A DNA stretch of 64,000 nucleotides, taken from a virus. The translations under genes were made by a program, and so were the position numbers. Shown here piece after piece: positions 48,143-56,950 of this stretch. Position 1 is the first letter of the stretch, and each line of letters begins with the position of its first letter. The stretch covers positions 16,665-80,664 of the IMG/VR virus record IMGVR_UViG_3300042261_000868. One strand, given 5' to 3'. The notes below the pieces were generated by a model that had not been told where the DNA came from, did no database searches, and saw only the letters and a program-made list of their open reading frames with translations.

Positions 48143-50071
48143 TTATTCTTCGTCTTGGCATATGACTTTGTGCCCAAGACTCTCAAGTACGGTTTTGTAG
48201 CGGGAATGTCCTCTACTTAAAAACATAAGTATCTTGAAGTTATATTGACTAGCGGGGAAGTAATCAATTTCACCATCGGTAAAAAGGATAACTGGTTTTT
48301 TATTTCTTTCTGCTTTAAGTCTCTCAAAGAGAACTTGCATAATTGTTCCGCCAGTTTCTCTAACGAGCATTTTATGTATTTTGGAGATATTAACCATACC
48401 ATCAAACGAGACACGAGTATGGCATTGCATAACTCGTAACTTATCGGCATTGAAGTCTTTAGATATACGGATAACTTGGTTGCAGAAGTCGTTCCAATCC
48501 GATCCACAAATAGAACCAGAAGTGTCCATACCAATGATGCAGTCTAAGCCCCTTTCCATTTTCTTGCCTGGGAAGTAATCTGGCTTGATTCTATTTTCTC
48601 TGGACATAGTAAAGTCTGCTTCGGAGACATTGATGGCAAGATTCATAAAGTTTTGAAGCATCTGTTTCCAGTTTTTGGTTTTCACTTTAAAGAAGTTAGC
48701 CAACTCCGCTCCAAACTTGTCAAGCCCAGGAATTGAGTTTAACCCCTTCAAGACCTCATTGAAGTCAGACATATCAACACCAGACCGCTTAAGGCTCTCT
48801 TTAAGGGCGCTTCTGGCTTCTGATCGTTGTGTTGCATTATCCAAGGCATCAAACCCTTGGTGAACATTCTCACCAGAGAATTTTTTCCCACGCTCACTTG
48901 CCTTTTCTTTTGTTGGAGCCGTATCACCATTGAGGGATTTAGATTCTTTTTCCTCTTTATCATCACTAGCTTCAGCATCATCTTCGCCGTTTTCTTCATC
49001 CTCATCATTTTCGGATTCTTCCGTTTCCATTTCTTCGTCCATTTCAACATCAACAATGTCCCATTCAGCATGGTCATCATAACCACTATCTTCGCCTTCA
49101 TCCTCTTCTGATGGGGGTGTCTCTGAAAGAATACGGTAATATTCGTCAGCACTTTTACCCAAATAACAGTTCAACATAAATGCTGGATCTCTACTAAATC
49201 GATCCTTAAGAGTCGGAAGATGCTTCTGTATGTCACTGTAAACATCATCTTGGTTAATAGTGAATAACTCATTAATCTTCTGCGCCATCTCATTATCAGT
49301 CTTATATTGATAGGTGATAGCAGATATAACAAACTTCTTGAACCACTTCTTGTTTGCTGGGGTAATAAGAACTTTTTTAATGGGTTGAGTAAAAATACAC
49401 GACTGATTGATTGCAAAGTCAGTAGCATAATTCCACAGACGCATATCTTTTGATTCCTGGCGACCAGAAATATGATTCAAAATAACGTGAAGGTATTCGT
49501 GGATAAATGCAGAAACCATGTTCCTTAAAAGGGCATCGTCAGTAATGAGTACCATACCCCACCAACGAAAAGAGGTTTCGTCCCATTCTCCCCTCACAGA
49601 GCAATCATAGAGCATCTTAAGTAACTTAAAGTTAACTCCAGTCACTTCGGAGGTAATTTCTTTGCCCTCCGCAATCTTCTCCGCGACTTTGGTAAGGTAA
49701 TTCTTTAAATCCTCTGGGTTCATAGTTTCTTCCAATATGGAAGAAATATGCATTTCATACATTCTCAATGGATTAAATTTTATCTTATACCGATTTGCTG
49801 ATGCAACATACGACACAGCAGCGGCTTTTTTAAATTTGAAATCATCCTTCTGCCAAATACGGCGACTAAAATACTTCCAAAAGTTATTACCTATAAAATC
49901 ACGCGGAGTCTTTTCGCCGCCCCCATATGTGCCAAAAAAGCTGGTAGCTGTAGAACCCCGTGCGAGAGCATTTAATATATTATTTTCTTCAACCCAATCA
50001 TTATCATTTTTAAACCAAAAACTCCTATTACAAAATAGGAGTTCACTAGTTGAGTATAAGATTTTGTCCAT
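48143..50071 (-). CDS. metallopeptidase-like (HExxH) plus vWA domain protein, DUF2201-like
   Basis: HEYLHVILNH, WNYATDFAIN, acidic linker, MIDAS DTSGS, GGT, LFTDG. Confidence 0.85.
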   Translation of the reverse strand: MDKILYSTSELLFCNRSFWFKNDNDWVEENNILNALARGSTATSFFGTYGGGEKTPRDFIGNNFWKYFSRRIWQKDDFKFKKAAAVSYVASANRYKIKFNPLRMYEMHISSILEETMNPEDLKNYLTKVAEKIAEGKEITSEVTGVNFKLLKMLYDCSVRGEWDETSFRWWGMVLITDDALLRNMVSAFIHEYLHVILNHISGRQESKDMRLWNYATDFAINQSCIFTQPIKKVLITPANKKWFKKFVISAITYQYKTDNEMAQKINELFTINQDDVYSDIQKHLPTLKDRFSRDPAFMLNCYLGKSADEYYRILSETPPSEEDEGEDSGYDDHAEWDIVDVEMDEEMETEESENDEDEENGEDDAEASDDKEEKESKSLNGDTAPTKEKASERGKKFSGENVHQGFDALDNATQRSEARSALKESLKRSGVDMSDFNEVLKGLNSIPGLDKFGAELANFFKVKTKNWKQMLQNFMNLAINVSEADFTMSRENRIKPDYFPGKKMERGLDCIIGMDTSGSICGSDWNDFCNQVIRISKDFNADKLRVMQCHTRVSFDGMVNISKIHKMLVRETGGTIMQVLFERLKAERNKKPVILFTDGEIDYFPASQYNFKILMFLSRGHSRYKTVLESLGHKVICQDEE

Positions 50072-50088
50072 TGAAAGCTCCTTGGGTT

Positions 50089-50115
50089 ATTATAGGAACT
50101 TTCTAAAAAAGTCAA
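50089..50115 (-). promoter_or_regulatory. sigma70-like promoter for the vWA gene
   Basis: TTGACT-15 nt-TATAAT followed by AAGGAG. Confidence 0.55.
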
Positions 50116-50552
50116 GTTTTCTTTTGTGATAATCTCCACTTGGTATATTCATCCATATAAGGCACAAAGATCACATTAGGTGGTGCTACTATATAATTAC
50201 TGCCGTTAATTTCTGTCTCGTTTCTTGACTCATAAAACTTAACCCAGTAAGAGTTTAGCAACTTACCTGGGCAACAAACCCTACATATTTGTCTAGTATT
50301 ACCAGACCAATTTTTTGGAACGAGGGTGGTTCCACTGGTAAATTTATCTTTTGCTTTATCCCACCAAGAAAGCTTCGGTGGTGGATTTGGACGAAGACCA
50401 GTAACGAATTTTTTGTTACCAGTAGTGGTTTCCATTTCGGCATCTAATGATGATCTTATGCTACTTAAGTCATCCTCTGAGAGTTGTTCTTGGTTTGTGA
50501 TTTCATCGCCAAAGGGTGCTGTATCCTCTTCTCCGTATTTCTTTTTAGGCAT
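50112..50552 (-). CDS. hypothetical protein
   Basis: ORF from MPKKK; packed in an operon. Confidence 0.6.
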   Translation of the reverse strand: MPKKKYGEEDTAPFGDEITNQEQLSEDDLSSIRSSLDAEMETTTGNKKFVTGLRPNPPPKLSWWDKAKDKFTSGTTLVPKNWSGNTRQICRVCCPGKLLNSYWVKFYESRNETEINGSNYIVAPPNVIFVPYMDEYTKWRLSQKKT

Positions 50553-50799
50553 TAAGTGGTTCCTTTTCGTCAATTGGGGTTATAAGGTCTTCTTCGTCAA
50601 CTAATTCGGCTAATTTGAAAAGGGGTTTTACTTTTTCTAACTCTTCGTACTTAAACAATCCCCTGCCTTGTGGATAGAAGTGAACACTATAACGAACGGG
50701 TAATGTGGGTTCAATGAAAACCACTACACCTTCCTTATCCATTTTTAAGTGTTTTATCTTATCTCCAACTTTTAGAACATTTGATCTCGGTCTTGACAT
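50545..50799 (-). CDS. small SH3/KOW-like hypothetical protein
   Basis: LKVGDKIKH....GVVV...YSVHF pattern. Confidence 0.55.
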   Translation of the reverse strand: MSRPRSNVLKVGDKIKHLKMDKEGVVVFIEPTLPVRYSVHFYPQGRGLFKYEELEKVKPLFKLAELVDEEDLITPIDEKEPLNA

Positions 50800-51911
50800 A
50801 ATTTGGTCCTTTCACTGTTTAGGTATAATAATATTTTGGACACATCATTGAATTCAGCATTAACTGAAATTTTTGCTTTTGCCATTTCAAGTAAGTTATT
50901 AATCTCTAATGGATCGCTTATCCCGAAAGCATTTCTTATCATGCTTTCGGTGATACATAATTCTGTCTTAGCAAATAATTTTACTTTTTGTTTTCTTAGA
51001 TTTCTTGCTAGTAACTTGAAATTCATTGCTTTCAATAAGCGACACATACTAACAACTCTAGTTTTATCAACATTAAATAGAACCTTCTCAAGTTGCTCAT
51101 CAGACTCATCAACGATTTCTCGTATTAATGAGGTTATTTTTAATACTTGTTCAACATCTTTTAGAAGGAAACCACATTTCTCAACGAAAAAGTTCTCAAG
51201 ATTAGCAAGTTCAATGTTATCAAATAATATACTAAATAACTCGTATGTGTCGTTATATTTTAAATGATTAAGTATTGGTGACTCAATAAGATTGACTCCG
51301 AAAAGTTCCTTTGAGATACCAAAGGTATTCACGAATGAGACATATTTTCTTGGGTAATTCTTCTTGAGGATATCCTTAAGGAAGTTATAAATTTTTCTTT
51401 TTTCTATCTTTGAGAATACTGCTCTTTTCGTGAAGATGAAGTAAGCGGTGTTTGGGTCAATATAGAAATCAGTTAAGTCTAGTGCATTTAATACAGTAAA
51501 GACATTGTAAGGCGAATTATCAAAACTCTGTTTTGCCTTTTCTGTTAACTTAATAACCCCCTTGTTAAAGTCTCTTAATCCATTGTTAAACGATTGGATA
51601 TTATCTATACCAGCTAGAATATCGTTTAAATCAATATAAAGGCAATTAACTGTCAATAGTTCCTTATCTGCATTTATCTTCTTACCACAATAAAATTTAC
51701 ATTGTTTATTACCACACACCACATTTAATCTTGGAAGTAATTTTTCAAAGGTTTCTTCGTCTTTTGTTTCAACAAAAAATTCAAAGGCCGTTGGCTTTCT
51801 TTTTAAGAGAGATTCCCTTAGAGATTCACCTATGAGGTAAACCTTCGCTGTTGGAATAACCGATAATATAAAATCCTTTATATTACTGAAAAGCTCTTTA
51901 GCCGAATTCAT
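50772..51911 (-). CDS. degenerate tRNA nucleotidyltransferase/poly(A) polymerase-fold protein
   Basis: VYLIGESLRESLLKRKPTAFEF aligns to the family motif VGG.VRD.LL...PKDID; LLTVNCL aligns to DFTINA; GLRDFNKGVIK is retained; catalytic residues are substituted. Confidence 0.7.
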   Translation of the reverse strand: MNSAKELFSNIKDFILSVIPTAKVYLIGESLRESLLKRKPTAFEFFVETKDEETFEKLLPRLNVVCGNKQCKFYCGKKINADKELLTVNCLYIDLNDILAGIDNIQSFNNGLRDFNKGVIKLTEKAKQSFDNSPYNVFTVLNALDLTDFYIDPNTAYFIFTKRAVFSKIEKRKIYNFLKDILKKNYPRKYVSFVNTFGISKELFGVNLIESPILNHLKYNDTYELFSILFDNIELANLENFFVEKCGFLLKDVEQVLKITSLIREIVDESDEQLEKVLFNVDKTRVVSMCRLLKAMNFKLLARNLRKQKVKLFAKTELCITESMIRNAFGISDPLEINNLLEMAKAKISVNAEFNDVSKILLYLNSERTKLCQDRDQMF

Positions 51912-51914
51912 AAC

Positions 51915-52184
51915 TTATTTCTTTGGCTTCCCTTGTGGTTTGGCTGGTTCTTGGTTTTCATTTGAGTTAACCACCATTTCTTCAACAATTACACCTATTG
52001 GTATGTTTTGGCGCAACTCTTCAATTGCCTTTTCTAACTTTGGGTAGTTAGCTTCATAAAACTTTAAGTGGGTGAGTGCGGTAAGAATAATACTGCTCTT
52101 TTGTCCAAACATACCAAGTCTTGCCCATCCAATCAAATCATCTGTATTGTAAGTAGTTAAACCAGTTCTAGCGTCGAATGCCAT
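51915..52184 (-). CDS. hypothetical protein
   Basis: GGAGG RBS. Confidence 0.65.
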   Translation of the reverse strand: MAFDARTGLTTYNTDDLIGWARLGMFGQKSSIILTALTHLKFYEANYPKLEKAIEELRQNIPIGVIVEEMVVNSNENQEPAKPQGKPKK

Positions 52185-52425
52185 TCTCTACCTCCATATT
52201 GTTATTACTCGTATTATATCCAACTTTTGTAATCATCAAGGTACAAGATAATAACATAAGAATAAAGATAGTTACTGCGAATAGATTTGTAATTAAATTG
52301 AGTTTTTTAACATCAGATTCGTTCTGATAGAGAATCATATAATGTTTTATTCCAGCCTTTGCAACTACATACAAAACCGCTGTTGCCATTAAGGCAAGCA
52401 CATTCATTAAAATTATTAACAACAT
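52168..52425 (-). CDS. small membrane protein (2 TM)
   Basis: Two hydrophobic stretches; GAGG RBS. Confidence 0.6.
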   Translation of the reverse strand: MLLIILMNVLALMATAVLYVVAKAGIKHYMILYQNESDVKKLNLITNLFAVTIFILMLLSCTLMITKVGYNTSNNNMEVENGIRR

Positions 52426-52439
52426 AAATTACCTCAAAG

Positions 52440-52742
52440 TTAATGGAGTTTATTGCCCCATTTCATATTAAATTCTTGTGCCAATGACCTTAGATTAGGT
52501 AATGCTTTAACTAAGCATTTAATTTGGGTAGGTGGACGCAAATCATAAAGCGATTTTGGTTTTTCGTTCACATTTAAACGAATACTTGGATTAATATGTT
52601 TCTTTAAAACAAGCCAAGCAATAAAGGTCTTTAAATTATCACAAAGAGATACACCAGTAACTTCAAAGAAAAGATCCTCTGGGGATTCTTTTACCTCAAC
52701 ATCGGGACCATTTTCAAAAAAATCTTTAAAGGACTTAATCAT
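52440..52742 (-). CDS. hypothetical protein, candidate internal head protein
   Basis: N terminus MIKSFKDFFE resembles the T4 capsid-targeting sequence; TATAAATA lies 5 nt upstream. Confidence 0.55.
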   Translation of the reverse strand: MIKSFKDFFENGPDVEVKESPEDLFFEVTGVSLCDNLKTFIAWLVLKKHINPSIRLNVNEKPKSLYDLRPPTQIKCLVKALPNLRSLAQEFNMKWGNKLH

Positions 52743-52746
52743 ACTA

Positions 52747-53085
52747 CTATTTATACAATTTTTGCATCATATCTAAAAACTCAGATTCTTGAGGTTCCTC
52801 TGAATTATGGAGTTTAAAAAGGATATATGCATGTTGAAAATATTCGCCTGGTGTTATTGTAAGGAATTTTGTTTCGTCCACCAAGCGTGCCTTCGTGGCA
52901 ATTAAACCAGCAAGACCTATCATAATTAATATATCTTGGGTAAACTTGTTTTCGTGATTAATAAGAGCAAATGCCTGCACCGTAGGTTCTATGAAAGAAA
53001 TATCTGGCATATAGGGAACCAATTCCCCAAGCCACTTAAGGGTTTCTTCGGTTGATTTTTTTAATTCTTCGGGAGACATGAGCAC
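52747..53085 (-). CDS. hypothetical protein
   Basis: 112 aa ORF in operon. Confidence 0.6.
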   Translation of the reverse strand: MLMSPEELKKSTEETLKWLGELVPYMPDISFIEPTVQAFALINHENKFTQDILIMIGLAGLIATKARLVDETKFLTITPGEYFQHAYILFKLHNSEEPQESEFLDMMQKLYK

Positions 53086-53443
53086 CTTTCTTTTTCCTCC
53101 AGATCACTTCTGCTAACTTAACATCCCAACACATTTCTAGTATACCAGCATCCACCAACTTGTTTAAGACTCTTTCAACTAATTCTTTGTAAATGTTCTT
53201 AATAATTTTTTCAATATCATCCTCATAAACTAGCATTTGTGACGGATTTTCTGGATTTTCAAATATATACTTATTCACTTCAAATTGTACTAAATCATCT
53301 GATAGGAGACACTCTTCGTATATATCCAAAAACTCTTGTGTTTTTTGAAAGATAAAAAGAAATGTATTTGTTGCTTCTTTTCTGACGAAATTTAAGAAAT
53401 AAATACGATTGTTTATTTTATAAACTTCTTGTTGATATTTCAT
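53036..53443 (-). CDS. hypothetical protein, paralogue of 53487-53903
   Basis: C-terminal LNKLVDAGILEMCWD....IW. Confidence 0.65.
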   Translation of the reverse strand: MKYQQEVYKINNRIYFLNFVRKEATNTFLFIFQKTQEFLDIYEECLLSDDLVQFEVNKYIFENPENPSQMLVYEDDIEKIIKNIYKELVERVLNKLVDAGILEMCWDVKLAEVIWRKKKGAHVSRRIKKINRRNP

Positions 53444-53486
53444 GACTCATATTTTCTCCTATCAGTATTTATTAGTATTATACCCT

Positions 53487-53903
53487 CTATTTCTTTTTTT
53501 CTAACCAGATAAAATCCTTGGCTTTATTGTCCCAGCAAAGATCCATAAAGCCTTTATCTACCATCTTGTTCAAAGCAAATGAGACTATATCATTTGCTAT
53601 TAATGATATAAGTCGCCCGATATCATTCTTAAATACATATATATCTTCTGATTGAAAATCAAGTTCTTTGGACATTTTTGCAAATAAAAACCTATTAGCA
53701 TAGAACATTAGTTTTTCTTCTGTTATACTCCCATCAACGATTTCTGTTATATGGTCAAGTACAATAGGGTTAAGACTTAACTTAGTAAAAGCTAAACTGG
53801 TCGCATTATGTTGGATGAATATCATAAACTCATTAATATCAAGTATCTGACAAACATCCTTCTCTTTTTCTTCTTTATGGTTTTTATGGTTTTTATCTTC
53901 CAT
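53487..53903 (-). CDS. hypothetical protein, paralogue of 53036-53443
   Basis: C-terminal LNKMVDKGFMDLCWD....IW; TATAAATA 6 nt upstream. Confidence 0.65.
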   Translation of the reverse strand: MEDKNHKNHKEEKEKDVCQILDINEFMIFIQHNATSLAFTKLSLNPIVLDHITEIVDGSITEEKLMFYANRFLFAKMSKELDFQSEDIYVFKNDIGRLISLIANDIVSFALNKMVDKGFMDLCWDNKAKDFIWLEKKK

Positions 53904-53912
53904 GGCTACTAT

Positions 53913-54155
53913 TTATATAATCTTATTTTTCTCTTTTTTCTTAACCCAAGCACGAATAAATGCTTTTGTTTCTCGTGCTTCATCACCCCTCCAATCTTTA
54001 CAATTCTCTAAAATGTAGAGTAGCTGAATACAAAGACCATCGGTTCCGCCACATTCAATAGCATCGGGGATTCCCTCAAGATACTTTTTGGCATATGGGT
54101 CTTTACAGTTTTCCTTGAGTGCCTTTATAGCCTCATTTATGCTTCTCACTGACAT
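53913..54155 (-). CDS. hypothetical phage protein
   Basis: QLLYILEN...WRG.EARETK motif. Confidence 0.65.
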   Translation of the reverse strand: MSVRSINEAIKALKENCKDPYAKKYLEGIPDAIECGGTDGLCIQLLYILENCKDWRGDEARETKAFIRAWVKKKEKNKII

Positions 54156-54547
54156 GTATATTCAACTTTGTCCATAATACTTTGAGAGAATTCTTCTGGT
54201 GTTGAAAACTGAATACTGTGCTTATTTGCTACCTTTGACCAGATAATTGTCTTGTTGGAATTCTTTATGGCTTCACAGTTTCGCATCCACTCTTTGATGA
54301 CATTATTTCTAAAATTCAACAAGTCACTCTTGGAAGAAAATGGATATTTAATTTTAAAAATGTTATGACCAATTTGGTTCGCTCTGCCTAAATTGGTGGT
54401 AATTTTCTGACTGACAACTTTAAGATTCTTCTCTTTACCAAGCAATATATACTTATGTGAATCCTTTTCGGAACAAAGAGCTAAAACACCCTTCTCACAC
54501 TTCATAAGGTATACATCAACAATTTCACGGACAACTTCATCTGTCAT
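54146..54547 (-). CDS. hypothetical protein
   Basis: AAGGAG RBS. Confidence 0.65.
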   Translation of the reverse strand: MTDEVVREIVDVYLMKCEKGVLALCSEKDSHKYILLGKEKNLKVVSQKITTNLGRANQIGHNIFKIKYPFSSKSDLLNFRNNVIKEWMRNCEAIKNSNKTIIWSKVANKHSIQFSTPEEFSQSIMDKVEYTCQ

Positions 54548-54562
54548 AATAAACTCCTTTGT

Positions 54563-55024
54563 TTAGGTTATTGTTGCTTTTCCAGAACCGCCCATAGCTT
54601 TATGAAGCTGTTTCCAGAATAGGTCATGGAACCCTTTTTTTCTTTTCTTTCCATTTATATAATGGAAACCACGAATAACAAAATCAATGCAATGGGCTAA
54701 TTCATGTGATACGGTATCATAAACCTCCTCTGGTGGATCTGACTGTGCTAAGTCTTTGTTAATTTCTATTATAAGGTATTTTCTGGCACAGTCAACAAGA
54801 TAACGTTTGTATCTCATGTCAATATCCATCTTTAGAGCTTCTTTATAAGTCACCGCATTTGCTTGACCAGCACAAATTTTAAGTCTTGGATTAAAAATAA
54901 TAAAAACTCTTAGTTCACTAACAAGTTTCTTAACCTCATAACTGAAAGAGGATGATTTAGCAAAGTTTCTTTTACTTCGCTGAACCATCCTCCCAATAAC
55001 TTTATGAGTTACCTTGATATCCAT
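54563..55024 (-). CDS. SprT-like zinc metalloprotease domain protein
   Basis: RL...AGQA, DTVSHELAH, H...WK...MGG. Confidence 0.8.
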   Translation of the reverse strand: MDIKVTHKVIGRMVQRSKRNFAKSSSFSYEVKKLVSELRVFIIFNPRLKICAGQANAVTYKEALKMDIDMRYKRYLVDCARKYLIIEINKDLAQSDPPEEVYDTVSHELAHCIDFVIRGFHYINGKKRKKGFHDLFWKQLHKAMGGSGKATIT

Positions 55025-55027
55025 AAA

Positions 55028-55345
55028 TCAGAAGATTTTTTGCTGCCCTGGAATATCGTTGTTAGGTGCTTGACCAAATTCTTTAATAACACCAACAGCC
55101 CCATTTTCTGCAACCTTGGTATCTTCATATGGTGCAGCAATTGCTCTATATAACTCAAGCTTGCAACATTCTAATGCACCAACCACCTCGTTGATATTAG
55201 CATACTTAGTCCCTTTTTCTGCGAGGTAGGTGTGGGTAATTAGTGAAATGAGGTAATTCAAGTCACCAGCACACTGTGCTTGCATACCAAGATATTGTGC
55301 AGCCGCTTTAAATTTGGTGCGATCTTCTGGCTTAATGTATGGCAT
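55028..55345 (-). CDS. conserved phage protein (DUF6899-like)
   Basis: MPYIK.EDR...GDLNY.I...Y...NEVVGALEC.KLELYR...APYED.K..ENG. Confidence 0.7.
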   Translation of the reverse strand: MPYIKPEDRTKFKAAAQYLGMQAQCAGDLNYLISLITHTYLAEKGTKYANINEVVGALECCKLELYRAIAAPYEDTKVAENGAVGVIKEFGQAPNNDIPGQQKIF

Positions 55346-55347
55346 AA

Positions 55348-55536
55348 TTAAGCCTCTGATTTGGCTGGCTCGGTGAGGTCGGACTCCTCTTCCGCAAAGA
55401 AGAAGATAAATCCACTCTCGGGAGTGCCTTCAACATTGGTCACTTTCTTGTTGGTTTTCTTCTCAACGAAGCGGGTAAGAAGTTTCTTGGCCTCGTCTGT
55501 GGATACTTTAACTGATAAGTTTGTAACTAGCTTCAT
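55348..55536 (-). CDS. hypothetical protein
   Basis: AAGGAG RBS before MKLVTNL. Confidence 0.6.
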   Translation of the reverse strand: MKLVTNLSVKVSTDEAKKLLTRFVEKKTNKKVTNVEGTPESGFIFFFAEEESDLTEPAKSEA

Positions 55537-55546
55537 GTGTTCTCCT

Positions 55547-56071
55547 TTATAATGTCCAGTAGGAAATATCAAAGTTGCCTGCATCAATTGATGCAAGATG
55601 AGTCAACACTGATTCCCAACTGTTATGTAAATATGGTGTTTTGATTAGACAGCACATCCATGGGTTAAACTTGTTAAGATGCTCAACGTCATATTTCAAA
55701 AGTATAGGCTTTTTTTGCCAGTTGGCATTAACTAATTCGTGTATAGTGCCAATAGTGGGAATATTTGGATCGTAGTAGCAAATCAAAAAGTCTGCTTTAT
55801 CTACTGCCCTTAAGTCTTTTCTAACGATAGGCCAGAATTCTTCTTTAAGGTCTTCCCAATATTCCCCCCGTACCAATTCTCTAAATTTCTTCTTATCATC
55901 ATCAACTTCACCAACTCCGTTAGCGGTGGTTTTGGTTGGATCTATGACCTCAATACCAAATTCTTGTAACTTTGGTGTAAGCATATCTCGCCAAGCGGCA
56001 CCGTTATCATTATAACCTTGCATTGCTCCACAAAGATAAACAGATTTTCCTTTTAGATAATTCACATTCAC
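55547..56071 (-). CDS. nucleoside 2-deoxyribosyltransferase-like protein
   Basis: VYLCGAM...WR...IDP...DLRAVDKAD...GTIHEL..A...KP. Confidence 0.8.
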   Translation of the reverse strand: MNVNYLKGKSVYLCGAMQGYNDNGAAWRDMLTPKLQEFGIEVIDPTKTTANGVGEVDDDKKKFRELVRGEYWEDLKEEFWPIVRKDLRAVDKADFLICYYDPNIPTIGTIHELVNANWQKKPILLKYDVEHLNKFNPWMCCLIKTPYLHNSWESVLTHLASIDAGNFDISYWTL

Positions 56072-56304
56072 TCCATAAAGTTTGATGAGTCCATATCTGG
56101 CGCACCAGTTGGTTTAGCAATACCCCTAGAATCATTAGTTTGCCACCCAGGTCCATCAAATCGGACATATGGGGCCGAAATTACTTTTTCTAATTTCGTG
56201 GATTCGCAATCTTTACATTTGATTTTTGAGGATGGTCCAGACATGGGATGTTCAATTTCTTGAACACACCCACATTCTGAACACTTATAATCATACCTTG
56301 GCAT
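56068..56304 (-). CDS. FmdB-family zinc-ribbon protein
   Basis: MPRYDYKCSECG...CKDC..LEKVISAP..F.GPGW.TND. Confidence 0.85.
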   Translation of the reverse strand: MPRYDYKCSECGCVQEIEHPMSGPSSKIKCKDCESTKLEKVISAPYVRFDGPGWQTNDSRGIAKPTGAPDMDSSNFME

Positions 56305-56659
56305 CGGCAATCTTCTCCCTAAGCCTTTGGGCTAATTCTTCTGCACGTTCAACTTTATCCTTGGTTCGCTGAACAAGTGCCATAGCCTCATTAAACCTAT
56401 GTTCAGATGCAGCTATTTCTTCTGGTGTCTTTTCACGATAGAAGTTAAAGTCAACATCGTCGATCGTAAAGATTGGTAAATCAAAAGGAGGCTTTTCTGC
56501 CTCATATATGTAGCAATCCATTGGAATACGGTTCTCTTTAATCATCATATTACGAATCTGGTCAAGTTCAGACTTCGCAGACTCAAGAGTTTTATGTCCA
56601 TCCCACTTAACATGGCACTCTTGAGCATTTTCTGGAAACAAAGCGAGGAAAATAGCCAT
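56291..56659 (-). CDS. hypothetical protein
   Basis: Coupled ORF. Confidence 0.65.
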   Translation of the reverse strand: MAIFLALFPENAQECHVKWDGHKTLESAKSELDQIRNMMIKENRIPMDCYIYEAEKPPFDLPIFTIDDVDFNFYREKTPEEIAASEHRFNEAMALVQRTKDKVERAEELAQRLREKIADAKV

Positions 56660-56895
56660 TACTTGAACTCCCCATAAACTTCGGGATACACAACATAGCC
56701 TCTGCTAGTATGTTCATACTTCACACGAACACGGGTTTCAAAACAAATATCTTGAAGTTCTGTTAGGTTAGCGATATTAACCGCTGGTCCCTTCCAGAAA
56801 GCAACCCCTTCGTGATGGAAGATTTTGCGGTCAGCTTTACGCATATCTGCAAGAAACTGACAGTGTTCTTTGTTTAAATACTTGGGTAATGCCAT
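56659..56895 (-). CDS. hypothetical protein
   Basis: First gene after the promoter at 56923-56950; WKGPAV motif. Confidence 0.65.
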   Translation of the reverse strand: MALPKYLNKEHCQFLADMRKADRKIFHHEGVAFWKGPAVNIANLTELQDICFETRVRVKYEHTSRGYVVYPEVYGEFK

Positions 56896-56922
56896 AGGTT
56901 TTTCCTTTTTGGTTATGGGTTT

Positions 56923-56950
56923 ATTATACTGATAAATTTATCAGTGTCAA
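56923..56950 (-). promoter_or_regulatory. consensus sigma70-like promoter whose spacer is an 18-bp palindrome
   Basis: TTGACA-16 nt-TATAAT; ACTGATAAATTTATCAGT at 56928-56945. Confidence 0.7.
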
